A stretch of DNA of 64,000 bases, taken from a virus. Below the pieces are notes generated by a model. It searched no databases. It was not told the DNA's origin and saw only the letters and a list, made by a program, of their open reading frames with translations. Position numbers and translations under genes: made by a program. Each line of letters begins with the position of its first letter. Position 1 is the stretch's first letter. Shown here piece after piece: positions 34,680 through 42,828 of the stretch. Where the stretch lies: IMG/VR virus record IMGVR_UViG_3300031539_000013. One strand, given 5' to 3'.

Positions 34680-35636
34680 TTAATTAAAGACAAATTCTTC
34701 TATTGCTTTAAAGATTTGGTATGGTACATAAGGATTAACTGAGTTACCTAATGCCTTTATTTTGTCCATCCTATGGGGAACCCTTGCATTACTTCCGCAA
34801 AGTTCGGATGCAACTTCAATCCAGTTTCGTAACCAATTTGCATGCCCGGTCTGTCTCTCCTGTTCCTTTTGCCTACTTGATAAGCCATTCCGGGAGTATC
34901 CTTGTAATCCCTTGCTGATAATGTCGTTATTGATTTCAATTTCCCTGTCAGGGTTAATGTTTTCGATCTCGTCTTGTCCCCGTTGCTGTATTGATAGTTT
35001 CCTGATTCCTGACTTCTTAATGTCGGCAGGGATCTTTGAATTTGGCTTGACACACCCAAACTGCTTGTTTTCCCATTCTTGTATTTTCTTCTTGCCGTTC
35101 CGTTTTTTGTTATCACTATTTCTGTTTCGTCCTTGCACCATCTTTCTGTTGCTGTCAGAGTAAGCAATGATCCAGACCCGATCCCTTTTGTCCCATGCTC
35201 CGATGCTCGCAGATGGAATAATAAACGGCTGGACTTCATAGCCTTCACTTTCCAGCGAAGCACATATATCTTCGAGTGCCAGTTCGATGATTCCAGGAAC
35301 GTTTTCACCAACAACCCAAGGGGGCTGTATTTCCCGTATAACTCGTAACATTTCCGGCCAGAGCCAGCGAGGATCATCTTTGCCTCTTTGCTTCCCGGCA
35401 ACACTGAACCCCTGGCAGGGAAACCCGCCTGTGAGAATGTCAATGATTCCCCGATATTCTGTTCCGTCAAATTCTTTGATGTCTCCATATCTTTTTATGT
35501 TTGGGAAATTCTTTATTAACTTAGTATTACAAAATGGATCATTTTCGACTTGGAATATATTCTCCCATCCAATCCATTCGGCAGCCAGATCAAAACCACC
35601 AATTCCGGTGAAAAGACTTGCATGTTTAAAATTCAT
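34680..35636 (-). CDS. dcm: DNA (cytosine-5)-methyltransferase
   Basis: Motif I FTGIGGFD, motif IV GGFPCQGFS, motif VI ENVPG, motif VIII-like GAWDKRDRVWIIAY and motif X KALGNSVNP. The middle 125 aa are low-complexity (see the finding on the second open frame, 34757-35488). Confidence 0.85.
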   Translation of the reverse strand: MNFKHASLFTGIGGFDLAAEWIGWENIFQVENDPFCNTKLIKNFPNIKRYGDIKEFDGTEYRGIIDILTGGFPCQGFSVAGKQRGKDDPRWLWPEMLRVIREIQPPWVVGENVPGIIELALEDICASLESEGYEVQPFIIPSASIGAWDKRDRVWIIAYSDSNRKMVQGRNRNSDNKKRNGKKKIQEWENKQFGCVKPNSKIPADIKKSGIRKLSIQQRGQDEIENINPDREIEINNDIISKGLQGYSRNGLSSRQKEQERQTGHANWLRNWIEVASELCGSNARVPHRMDKIKALGNSVNPYVPYQIFKAIEEFVFN

Positions 35637-36067
35637 TCTTTTTTTCTTAACAGTGCGTACACATCTTTATTTTTATCATCATCAACGGGGAGGGAGGCTA
35701 TGCGGAAGATCATCTTACGTGGCATATCTTCGTTTGCCAGGTGACGGTTGCACTCCCATGTCTTTTGTATAACATGACGTGCTAGTTCACAGCTATTGAA
35801 CACCGCACCACCACCATAAGCCCTGCGGAGACACCACCCGTCAGTGTCATCGCGCATGATGAAGAAGTCCGATTCCGTATGCTCATCCGTATCGACAAAC
35901 ACCGACACCGAGGAAAATTCGTTATTTATGATGTCATAGAGGCCTAGCTGCCGTACCGTGTTTCTACTCAGATGGATCTCTCCCTTGTGGTAAAAACTGA
36001 TTGTAGCCACCCCCCGCGTGTTACGTGGCGATATAAACTTGCTCTTACTCAGCTTCTCAATATGCAT
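35633..36067 (-). CDS. hypothetical protein (144 aa)
   Basis: Track ORF. ATGA-type overlap with dcm. Confidence 0.5.
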   Translation of the reverse strand: MHIEKLSKSKFISPRNTRGVATISFYHKGEIHLSRNTVRQLGLYDIINNEFSSVSVFVDTDEHTESDFFIMRDDTDGWCLRRAYGGGAVFNSCELARHVIQKTWECNRHLANEDMPRKMIFRIASLPVDDDKNKDVYALLRKKE

Positions 36068-36071
36068 GGGA

Positions 36072-36494
36072 TTAAGAAATGTAGTGTTTCAACAGGGTTT
36101 CTATAGCCTCAATCTTTTCTTGCAGGGATTTTCTCTCTTCAATTAGCATGTCAACCATTTGTCCTGTACTCAGGCGTGTGGATTCTTCTTTCTGAGTAGG
36201 AACGGGTGTTATGCGGTCAGTCACTTCCGGCATATAAGAAATTCCTTCCTTTTCAGGCAGCACCTTTCCGTGCTTCACACCGTACTCCTGTAAGCCCTGA
36301 CCGCTATTGACCCATGCCAATGCCTTCTCCCATGGCATGTTACCGACTTTGTCCCAATAGTGCTTATTAAATAAACAAGATACCTGTGCGGAAGTAATAC
36401 CAACACAGTTCCCTGCTTCTTTCTTTGACAGGTGTTCTTTCTTTAATGCCAGAAGAAACTTGTCTGCCGTAGCTTGTTTTGCAATGTCATTCAT
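36072..36494 (-). CDS. putative HTH DNA-binding protein (140 aa)
   Basis: LSKKEAGNCVGITSAQVSCLFNK resembles a helix-turn-helix. Confidence 0.4.
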   Translation of the reverse strand: MNDIAKQATADKFLLALKKEHLSKKEAGNCVGITSAQVSCLFNKHYWDKVGNMPWEKALAWVNSGQGLQEYGVKHGKVLPEKEGISYMPEVTDRITPVPTQKEESTRLSTGQMVDMLIEERKSLQEKIEAIETLLKHYIS

Positions 36495-36524
36495 AGTTTT
36501 TCTTGTTTTAAATTAATATATAAC

Positions 36525-36968
36525 TCATTTACCGTCCTCCCGGTTGTCAAAATCACCAAAATGCTCAATAACACGCTCATCGTCTTCAATCTCATCGGGA
36601 TTGTGGTTGGTAATAAATTTTTTATTCGCATCCCATTTTTTAGTAACTTCCGGTGCTTGCATCTGCCCCAATTCGTCATCGTACAGAAAACTTTTCTTAC
36701 CACCATCGTATGATTCTTTCGTCACAGGAGTAAATTTAATGTCTGACTCCAATCCTTCTTTACCCAACATTGATTTAGGGATACCCAGGCTACTCCTGAG
36801 TTTTTCAAATCTATATTGCGCATCAGCCCGCGCGTCAACTGCCGATTGCTCAGATTCCGTTAGTTCTGAGGATATGGGCTTAATTTCACCCTGTGACACG
36901 TTCTCAGAGGAGACATTCTCCACATCAGGTTCCATTACCGTAATCTTAATTTCTTTTTTCATATCCAA
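36525..36968 (-). CDS. acidic hypothetical protein (147 aa)
   Basis: Track ORF. Confidence 0.5.
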   Translation of the reverse strand: MDMKKEIKITVMEPDVENVSSENVSQGEIKPISSELTESEQSAVDARADAQYRFEKLRSSLGIPKSMLGKEGLESDIKFTPVTKESYDGGKKSFLYDDELGQMQAPEVTKKWDANKKFITNHNPDEIEDDERVIEHFGDFDNREDGK

Positions 36969-36982
36969 TAATTATTATAGGT

Positions 36983-37375
36983 TTAATAACGACTGCCACC
37001 AGATACATAACGCACAAAACTGTCCATACCACCCCTACCTCTCCTCGCAAGACTCTGACGACCCTTCTCTATATCATTAGTGAATAACTTCAATATTACG
37101 GTCTCACCATTGTCATAATAACACCTGCCCTTCCTCGTAAATACCCACATCAATGTATTATAGTCTATGCCCGTCTTTTCACTCAATATACGCTTATTAG
37201 TACAACCCCCTACCACCACACCCTCATTCTCACTACCTAGCTTATAATGATGGAAAATAAACAGCTCTTTGCTGCTTAATCTTATGTCCCTACGCCTTTT
37301 TACCATATCTACTATGCTATTTTCACCACCGAGAATAGAACCCTTACAGTTCCTATGTGGTGTAAAATTACACAT
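36983..37375 (-). CDS. hypothetical protein (130 aa); first gene of the leftward operon
   Basis: Track ORF bordering the divergent intergenic region. Confidence 0.5.
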   Translation of the reverse strand: MCNFTPHRNCKGSILGGENSIVDMVKRRRDIRLSSKELFIFHHYKLGSENEGVVVGGCTNKRILSEKTGIDYNTLMWVFTRKGRCYYDNGETVILKLFTNDIEKGRQSLARRGRGGMDSFVRYVSGGSRY

Positions 37376-37649
37376 TACTTTTTAATAAACAACAAAATTT
37401 ACAATTTATTTTTCCTAAGTGTGTATGGGCTTGCAGTCAATATATAGTTTTTTGCGATCCAAAAGTTTTCCGAAATGCAAAACCCGAACCCGCCCCCATC
37501 AATCCAAAGGTTCCAACATCTTTTGGGATCAAATAAAGCACGTTTTAAGCCTGTTACAAGAAGGAAAGCGCATTTATAAATCTGATCAGTGGGGTAGGGG
37601 AGGCCCTGACTAATGCAAATCGCTAGGGCTCTGCATCCAAGGGGAAATA

Positions 37650-37751
37650 TTCTATTTGACATAATAATAGTTATAGGCAAAATAGGGGCTGTGCTGCTTG
37701 CCTCATTCAATGGGCTGTTGAGGACTGCTGCTTTTTTCTATTTGACATAAT
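37650..37751. repeat. 16-bp direct repeat TTCTATTTGACATAAT, two copies (37650-37665 and 37736-37751)
   Basis: Exact copies 86 bp apart in the 512-bp divergent non-coding region. Each contains TTGACA. Confidence 0.6.
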
Positions 37752-37887
37752 GTTATCTTTGGAAGTGGATTAACTCACCAATTAAATGTAGCAAATGACT
37801 AATAACATGTATTGTAAACCGATTAGTTTTGTAACTTTGTACTGATAATTAAACAAGTTACGGCAATAATAACTAATAATCGGCATT

Positions 37888-38433
37888 ATGAATGATCTGT
37901 CTTCCTCTCCTTCTCTCTCTCCTGATCTATTGAAGATGTATAATTCTTTAAGTGATGTTAATAAACAAATCTTTGTTAAGGTGTTTAAATATCTTTGGGG
38001 TGTGGTGTGCCCTCTGTCCCGTTTCGTTAGGCATGGCGGTATATTGCACTCGTTCTGGGCTGTTGATCAGATCCGCGATAAATACGGCCTGAATGATACC
38101 AGGCTGGTCCTGTTGTCTTATTTATACCAGGTCAGCAATGCAGGAAAGAAAGTCGTTCACACTGATACAATTTATAATGGCATGATTCTACCTAATATTA
38201 TTGAATCAACTAAGCGCAGGGAGTTATTTAAACTTAAACATGATGGATATATTAACAGGACCCGGCGGGATCCTTCCCGGCTTCATTATGTCTCTGGCTT
38301 CTCTCCGGGTAATGCCTTTATTATTCTCTTACCTTCTGGGGTGTCACTGATTGAGAAGTTTGAGAAGGAGTTATATAATTTGCTCCTGCAATCATCTCTT
38401 AATGATCTGACAGGGGCAAATAAAAAGCCCTGA
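37888..38433 (+). CDS. hypothetical protein (181 aa), possible winged-helix regulator
   Basis: Track ORF. First rightward gene after the divergent region. TAACTTTG (-7-like) at 37832-37839. Confidence 0.5.
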   Translation: MNDLSSSPSLSPDLLKMYNSLSDVNKQIFVKVFKYLWGVVCPLSRFVRHGGILHSFWAVDQIRDKYGLNDTRLVLLSYLYQVSNAGKKVVHTDTIYNGMILPNIIESTKRRELFKLKHDGYINRTRRDPSRLHYVSGFSPGNAFIILLPSGVSLIEKFEKELYNLLLQSSLNDLTGANKKP

Positions 38434-38583
38434 TATATATTTCACCTTCAATCAGAGCTCAATAATAGCTTTTAACTATCGGGGCATGTCTCTTCCCTCC
38501 TTCCTTATAATTCTTTACTTTCTCTTTTGGTGCTATTTATATTATCAGGCTCTTAAAGTCTCTTAAATCTCTTTATTTGGTGT

Positions 38584-38784
38584 TTATTTCTTCTCTTTTA
38601 CTGCTTTATTATACAGTGGTATTAATTCATCTTGCATTGTGTGAAGCTCGCTCCCTGTCATTTTCATCAGGTCCTTTAATGGTGTTTGCTCTATTTCTGC
38701 CTTTCCTTGCATTGTCTGAATGTTTATAATTGATCCCATCAATGCGGGGCATTCGTTTGCTGTTTGTTGTTCTATTGTTTTCAT
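38584..38784 (-). CDS. hypothetical protein (66 aa)
   Basis: Track ORF. Confidence 0.4.
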   Translation of the reverse strand: MKTIEQQTANECPALMGSIINIQTMQGKAEIEQTPLKDLMKMTGSELHTMQDELIPLYNKAVKEKK

Positions 38785-38824
38785 TGTCTTGTATGTTTTA
38801 TTGGTTAGTACTCTTTACTTGGTG

Positions 38825-39040
38825 TCAGTCTATTGACTTGTTAATATCATCAATTAGCTGGTCCGTTTCCTTCTCTCGCTCTTCTGACATCTTCCCGGCA
38901 AATAGATTGCGATATAGCCGGATGTTATTAGCTGCCCTATTTAGTAAGTCATTTTTTACACTGCATACATTATGGAGCCGCCTTATTTCTTGCGTCTTCT
39001 GTCTCACTAGATAATTTATATGATCTGTTTCGTAGCTCAT
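38825..39040 (-). CDS. hypothetical protein (71 aa)
   Basis: Track ORF. Confidence 0.4.
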   Translation of the reverse strand: MSYETDHINYLVRQKTQEIRRLHNVCSVKNDLLNRAANNIRLYRNLFAGKMSEEREKETDQLIDDINKSID

Positions 39041-39051
39041 TGTCTCAGGTT

Positions 39052-39252
39052 TTAATTATTAACTAATCTGGTGTACTTCTCAACCAACCGGCTTAACTCG
39101 TCCTCGGTGTATCCGTTTACCCTCTTGCCGGTGTCCTCGGCTCTCTTTAGCATCCTCTGAAGCCCTTCTAAATTAGCTCTGTATTGCTTTTTTATCTGTT
39201 CAGGTGTGCAATTATATAAAATTGCTTGCTGGTGTCTTGTCATTAACTGGCT
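39052..39252 (-). CDS. hypothetical protein (66 aa)
   Basis: Track ORF 39052-39324, trimmed to ATG 39252 (MSQLMTRHQQ...) to avoid overlapping the 54-aa ORF upstream. Confidence 0.4.
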   Translation of the reverse strand, partial: SQLMTRHQQAILYNCTPEQIKKQYRANLEGLQRMLKRAEDTGKRVNGYTEDELSRLVEKYTRLVNN

Positions 39253-39259
39253 CATAGTT

Positions 39260-39424
39260 CTATTTACTTTCAACATTAATGCAAATAACTGTTTCCCCTT
39301 TGTATTCAAAAGTTTCGCGATCAATAGCGAGAAAATTATTCTCTTCTATGTAATCCTTTGCTGCAACCCCATTGTAAAAGGTCCGACCATTTACCTTGTA
39401 GATTTTTTTCTCTGGTGTCTTCAT
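39260..39424 (-). CDS. small protein (54 aa)
   Basis: Below the track cut-off. MKTPEKKIYKVNGRTFYNGVAAKDYIEENNFLAIDRETFEYKGETVICINVESK*. Confidence 0.35.
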   Translation of the reverse strand: MKTPEKKIYKVNGRTFYNGVAAKDYIEENNFLAIDRETFEYKGETVICINVESK

Positions 39425-39434
39425 ATCTCTATTA

Positions 39435-39548
39435 TTATAAGGTTATAGAACTAATCAGCATCAGGGCCAGCATCAGGGCCAGTGCAAACAGCGTAAAAAA
39501 GGCGCGTTCTGTCCTGTCCTCTTTGGTTGTTAAATCGTTGTTTCTCAT
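39435..39548 (-). CDS. tail-anchored small membrane peptide (37 aa)
   Basis: MRNNDLTTKEDRTERAFFTLFALALMLALMLISSITL*. It contains the 12-nt tandem repeat at 39459-39482. Confidence 0.3.
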   Translation of the reverse strand: MRNNDLTTKEDRTERAFFTLFALALMLALMLISSITL

Positions 39549-39653
39549 TGCTTTATGTTTTTGGTTTGTGTTTTTCGTTTCATTATCAGTAACAAAGATA
39601 AACATTATTTTGATATAAACAAACATTTATTATTATATTTTTCTATTATTTTA

Positions 39654-39685
39654 TTTGTTTTATTCATTTCTTTGTTTTATCTTTG
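39654..39685 (+). promoter_or_regulatory. Bacteroidota-type promoter (-33 TTTG / -7 TAnnTTTG)
   Basis: TTTG at 39654-39657 and TATCTTTG at 39678-39685 with a 20-nt spacer, about 40 nt upstream of ATG 39725. Confidence 0.45.
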
Positions 39686-39724
39686 TCCTGTATTATTTAA
39701 TTATTCACTAATAAATCAAATGTT

Positions 39725-40003
39725 ATGAAATCAATTAATTGTAAAGTAGAACAGTTTGAAGGTCGCAACGGATCGGTTAAAAATCAATTCCGTATTTTTA
39801 CTAATAAAGGCTGTTTCTTTCAGTCTTACAGCTCTATTATCGCATTTAAACCAATTACTGGCAAAATTCAGTTAGATGTTTATAAATGGGACTATTCCGT
39901 GACTCCCGGGAAATATCGGAACCAGTTTTTGAATGAGACTAAAAAAGAGACGGAAGCCAAAATCAAAAACGGGACATATTTACTAACTGATCTTAATAAG
40001 TAG
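39725..40003 (+). CDS. hypothetical protein (92 aa)
   Basis: Track ORF. Confidence 0.5.
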   Translation: MKSINCKVEQFEGRNGSVKNQFRIFTNKGCFFQSYSSIIAFKPITGKIQLDVYKWDYSVTPGKYRNQFLNETKKETEAKIKNGTYLLTDLNK

Positions 40004-40007
40004 TATC

Positions 40008-40232
40008 ATGACGATTTACGAAATAAAGGAAAGGACACAAGGCACAGCCCCGTATTTTTTCACACGTGACACCCTGAAATTTTTCCATCAGACAATGGCC
40101 AGTTTTAAAGTTAAGAAACAAGCTGACGGCAGATATTTTATAACTGCCCCAATGAAGGACCACACCGGGCGTATTGTTGGTCATACTGAAAGATATTTCA
40201 ATCCTGAAACAAATAAACTCGATAACGAATAG
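40008..40232 (+). CDS. hypothetical protein (74 aa)
   Basis: Track ORF. Confidence 0.5.
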   Translation: MTIYEIKERTQGTAPYFFTRDTLKFFHQTMASFKVKKQADGRYFITAPMKDHTGRIVGHTERYFNPETNKLDNE

Positions 40233-40258
40233 TTTTTTATTGGTGTTTTCTGGTTAGC

Positions 40259-40294
40259 CCTGCGCCCCGCTTATCTTATCAGGGGGTGCAGGGG
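40259..40294 (+). other. GC-rich 11-bp hairpin
   Basis: CCCTGCGCCCC (40259-40269) pairs with GGGGTGCAGGG (40284-40294), with one G-U pair. No U-tract on either strand. Confidence 0.5.
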
Positions 40295-40498
40295 TACCGG
40301 AAAGAACCACAAATTTAAAAGATATGATTAAACGCATTCTAAAGCACAATTTAGCCCCTTTCATCCTTATTCCTGCCTCTGCCCTCTATTGGGTGTTGTT
40401 ATGGCTCCTGGGGATGCTATTGGGTGCTATGTGATAATATTTACATTGGGTACAACAGTAATAATTTAATTTGATAATATTAACCAAAAACACACAAA

Positions 40499-40699
40499 AT
40501 GGCACAAGAAGAAAGAGCAACCGTAAAACTTCAATATGGCACGTATAAAGCTGAAGTTATTGTCTATTGCACTGAAAATGATGAGCAAGAGCAAATAATT
40601 GCCCGTGCATGGGGACAAGTCAAGGAATGGTTAACCTTACCAATGGCATATAGCAGCGCAAAAATAATTGAACGGAAAAAATGGTCAGACTATGAGTAA
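40499..40699 (+). CDS. hypothetical protein (66 aa)
   Basis: Track ORF. Confidence 0.45.
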   Translation: MAQEERATVKLQYGTYKAEVIVYCTENDEQEQIIARAWGQVKEWLTLPMAYSSAKIIERKKWSDYE

Positions 40700-40964
40700 T
40701 ATCCCATACACCAGCAAAGAGATGCAGGACAAGTTTATTGTGTGCTTCGTCCTGCTATCCGGCAAACGTCCGGCCCTGGACTGTGTTCGCCATGCCACGG
40801 GACCGCATAAAGGCTTGCCCGTACTATATAAGTCAATAGCTCATGCAAGTTTTGATAAGCATTTTGACCCGAAATGGGATGATGTTATACCTGCAGCAGA
40901 GTATTTTGAGCGGGTGTCGTCACAAGAAAATAAAGTTACCAAACCAAATAAAGCAGAATTATGA
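40692..40964 (+). CDS. hypothetical protein (90 aa)
   Basis: Track ORF trimmed to ATG 40692 (MSNIPYTS...), which overlaps the upstream stop. Confidence 0.45.
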   Translation: MSNIPYTSKEMQDKFIVCFVLLSGKRPALDCVRHATGPHKGLPVLYKSIAHASFDKHFDPKWDDVIPAAEYFERVSSQENKVTKPNKAEL

Positions 40965-41293
40965 AACACACAAAAGGAAATTGGTATGTAAATCCATTGA
41001 AAGGAAAGAAGTACGAAAATAAATTTTATGTGCTTACAGACGGAGTTCCCTGCGATAAATGCGGAAAAGGGGGAGATCACAGACATATTTGCGTTACGCT
41101 TGAGTCAGCAGTTGGATTAGAACAAGCAAGAGCCAATGCAAAACTCATTGCAGCAGCACCGGACTTGCTTGAAGCTATTCAGCCCTTAATAAATGCGTGT
41201 GCTGCAATGATAGAGGGCGAATGGGCTAAAGACCCTGATAAAGATGAAGACATAATTAATGCAAAAGCCGCCGTTAAAAAAGCCTCAGAGTAA
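40961..41293 (+). CDS. hypothetical phage protein (110 aa)
   Basis: ANAKLIAAAPDLLEA motif, which I recall from many small phage proteins. ATGA overlap upstream. Confidence 0.5.
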   Translation: MKHTKGNWYVNPLKGKKYENKFYVLTDGVPCDKCGKGGDHRHICVTLESAVGLEQARANAKLIAAAPDLLEAIQPLINACAAMIEGEWAKDPDKDEDIINAKAAVKKASE

Positions 41294-41360
41294 TGCCACA
41301 GTACACCCTCTTTGGAGAAAAAGATAAAGTAAAAGAAATCTCAAAACTATTTCAATAATT

Positions 41361-41681
41361 ATGAAAAAAGTAATTCATTTACAGACACAAAACACCGAAG
41401 GAGGAAATATCTCTCTTATCAAACAAATAGGATGGGTGTCCCTTACCTTCGATAACACAAAGATCACTATTGATGCTTATAAGGGTGGTGGCTATTCTGC
41501 CGAGCCCCGGGAAGACTGTTTTATGGAGATTGTTGACGAAAAGGAGGTTTTCAATCTTACAGCCGAACAACTGCTCCGGGTGATACGCTTTTATGTAGCA
41601 TACAGCACCGATAAGGATGCGATTCCGCACACCAAAAACAAATTCCATTACATAGCGCGTGATGCGATCAAGAAGCCTTAA
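41361..41681 (+). CDS. hypothetical protein (106 aa)
   Basis: Track ORF. Confidence 0.45.
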   Translation: MKKVIHLQTQNTEGGNISLIKQIGWVSLTFDNTKITIDAYKGGGYSAEPREDCFMEIVDEKEVFNLTAEQLLRVIRFYVAYSTDKDAIPHTKNKFHYIARDAIKKP

Positions 41682-41714
41682 AACGCCTTAAAACTTGCAT
41701 TTTTAAAAAAGACC

Positions 41715-41722
41715 TATCTTTG
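41715..41722 (+). promoter_or_regulatory. -7-like box TATCTTTG
   Basis: Matches TAnnTTTG, 7 nt upstream of ATG 41730, which would imply a near-leaderless mRNA. It is preceded by the tandem 10-mer GCCTTAAAAC x2 (41675-41694). Confidence 0.3.
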
Positions 41723-41729
41723 CATAATT

Positions 41730-42146
41730 ATGGAGACACAGACACGCAATAAAATGAAGCAGATGAAAGTCATATATAACAGTGATGTGGCTGTCCTGGA
41801 CTTCCTTGCTGACCTGCAGGACCCTAACGCTATCCGTAACTTACAGCAGTTAGTAGATGAGCTTGCGGGGAGATCGGGAACGCTATTGCTCAACTGCCCT
41901 CTGGATGGCTTGGTTGTGCTCATTCTGCATAAATCACCGTTTGGCTTTAATGATGATGGTAATAACCTGATACTATATGCAGATAACACCCTGCGTGGGC
42001 TTATTAAGTACTTCAAAAATCAGTTAGACCATACTTCAGAAGATCATGGAGATATTTACCGGGCCTTGGATGACATCACTCGGCAGCTATATTTCTCATG
42101 GTGTAATGAAGAAGATAATAATACTCACCTCAATGATATGGGGTAG
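41730..42146 (+). CDS. hypothetical protein (138 aa)
   Basis: Track ORF. Confidence 0.5.
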   Translation: METQTRNKMKQMKVIYNSDVAVLDFLADLQDPNAIRNLQQLVDELAGRSGTLLLNCPLDGLVVLILHKSPFGFNDDGNNLILYADNTLRGLIKYFKNQLDHTSEDHGDIYRALDDITRQLYFSWCNEEDNNTHLNDMG

Positions 42147-42235
42147 TATATGATTGGGCAGGGGTTTCTTGTGTTTCCCTCTGCCCTTTCTTTTTTCTGA
42201 GAAATAAACACCAGTGTTAAACGAATAAACTTAAA

Positions 42236-42667
42236 ATGAAGATGATTACCCTGGCTTTTATAATTTGCTTGCTTCCGGCCTCTCTAACGGCACCTCCCTC
42301 TCCGACAATGAATATCATTGCACCGGATGAGATAAGGCCATACGAGGCTGTGTGGAACGCTCATTGTAGCGTTGAATCTAATTTTGATACTGATGCCATT
42401 GGAGATTTGATGTATAAAGAATATTCCTATGGCATTGTTCAGATCAGAAGGTCCCGACTACTTGACTATTATCTTCAAACAGGAATATGGTATGATGTGG
42501 AAGATATGTTTGATGTCGAGAAGTCAAAAGAAGTATGGATGTACTATGCCTGTCAATGCGATCCTTGGGAGATAGAGAGAATTGCCCGTCTATGGAATGG
42601 GGGCCCTCGAGGTATGCAAAAGAAATCAACAATTAAATATTATCTTAAAATCAATTCTGCCTTATGA
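42236..42667 (+). CDS. lytic transglycosylase (SLT-type) endolysin with an N-terminal signal/anchor
   Basis: MKMITLAFIICLLPASL hydrophobic N terminus. SVESNFDTDAIGD....YGIVQIR resembles the SLT E-S...GLMQ motif. Confidence 0.6.
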   Translation: MKMITLAFIICLLPASLTAPPSPTMNIIAPDEIRPYEAVWNAHCSVESNFDTDAIGDLMYKEYSYGIVQIRRSRLLDYYLQTGIWYDVEDMFDVEKSKEVWMYYACQCDPWEIERIARLWNGGPRGMQKKSTIKYYLKINSAL

Positions 42668-42828
42668 AGAAAAACACGCTTATTGAAAACAAAGCCCATG
42701 ACCGGGAAGATGAAGCAGGGGATCCGCTTGACGGACGTTCTACCCTCGGGTGCCTCTTTATTGGGGTGCTATTGCTTGCTGGTGGCTTGCTTACGCTTAT
42801 CAAAATCGTAGAATACTTCAGACCATGA
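42664..42828 (+). CDS. small membrane protein (54 aa), holin/spanin candidate
   Basis: Below the track cut-off. ...LGCLFIGVLLLAGGLLTLIKIV.. transmembrane segment. ATGA overlaps at both ends. Confidence 0.45.
   Translation: MKKNTLIENKAHDREDEAGDPLDGRSTLGCLFIGVLLLAGGLLTLIKIVEYFRP

Noticed and set aside
35287-35772. 161-aa plus-strand ORF (and 34762-35163, 35079-35348) opposite dcm
   Set aside because: It lies antisense to a gene with clear methyltransferase motifs and has no features of its own. It is distinct from the same-strand second frame, which I kept as a finding.
36544-37080. 178-aa Ser-rich plus-strand ORF
   Set aside because: It is the antisense image of Glu/Asp-rich minus-strand genes. 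It spans two genes and their spacer and is low-complexity.
37440-37540. Possible tRNA or tRNA-like element (GGTTCCAAC resembling a T-loop)
   Set aside because: The flanking bases do not form a T-stem or acceptor stem. I could not build a cloverleaf here or in the other intergenic gaps.
37399-37710. 103-aa minus-strand and 64-aa plus-strand ORFs in the divergent region
   Set aside because: The composition is not protein-like and there is no coupling to neighbours. The region contains repeats and promoter-like boxes, so I treated it as regulatory or non-coding.
39459-39482. Tandem 12-mers: CATCAGGGCCAG x2 here, GGTAGGTTGAGG x2 at 31676-31699, and the proline/lysine repeat at about 15480-15545
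   Set aside because: I considered these as CRISPR-like or satellite repeats. They have only two or three units, are in frame within ORFs (LALM-LALM, PQPT-PQPT, PDDKP) and have no spacers.
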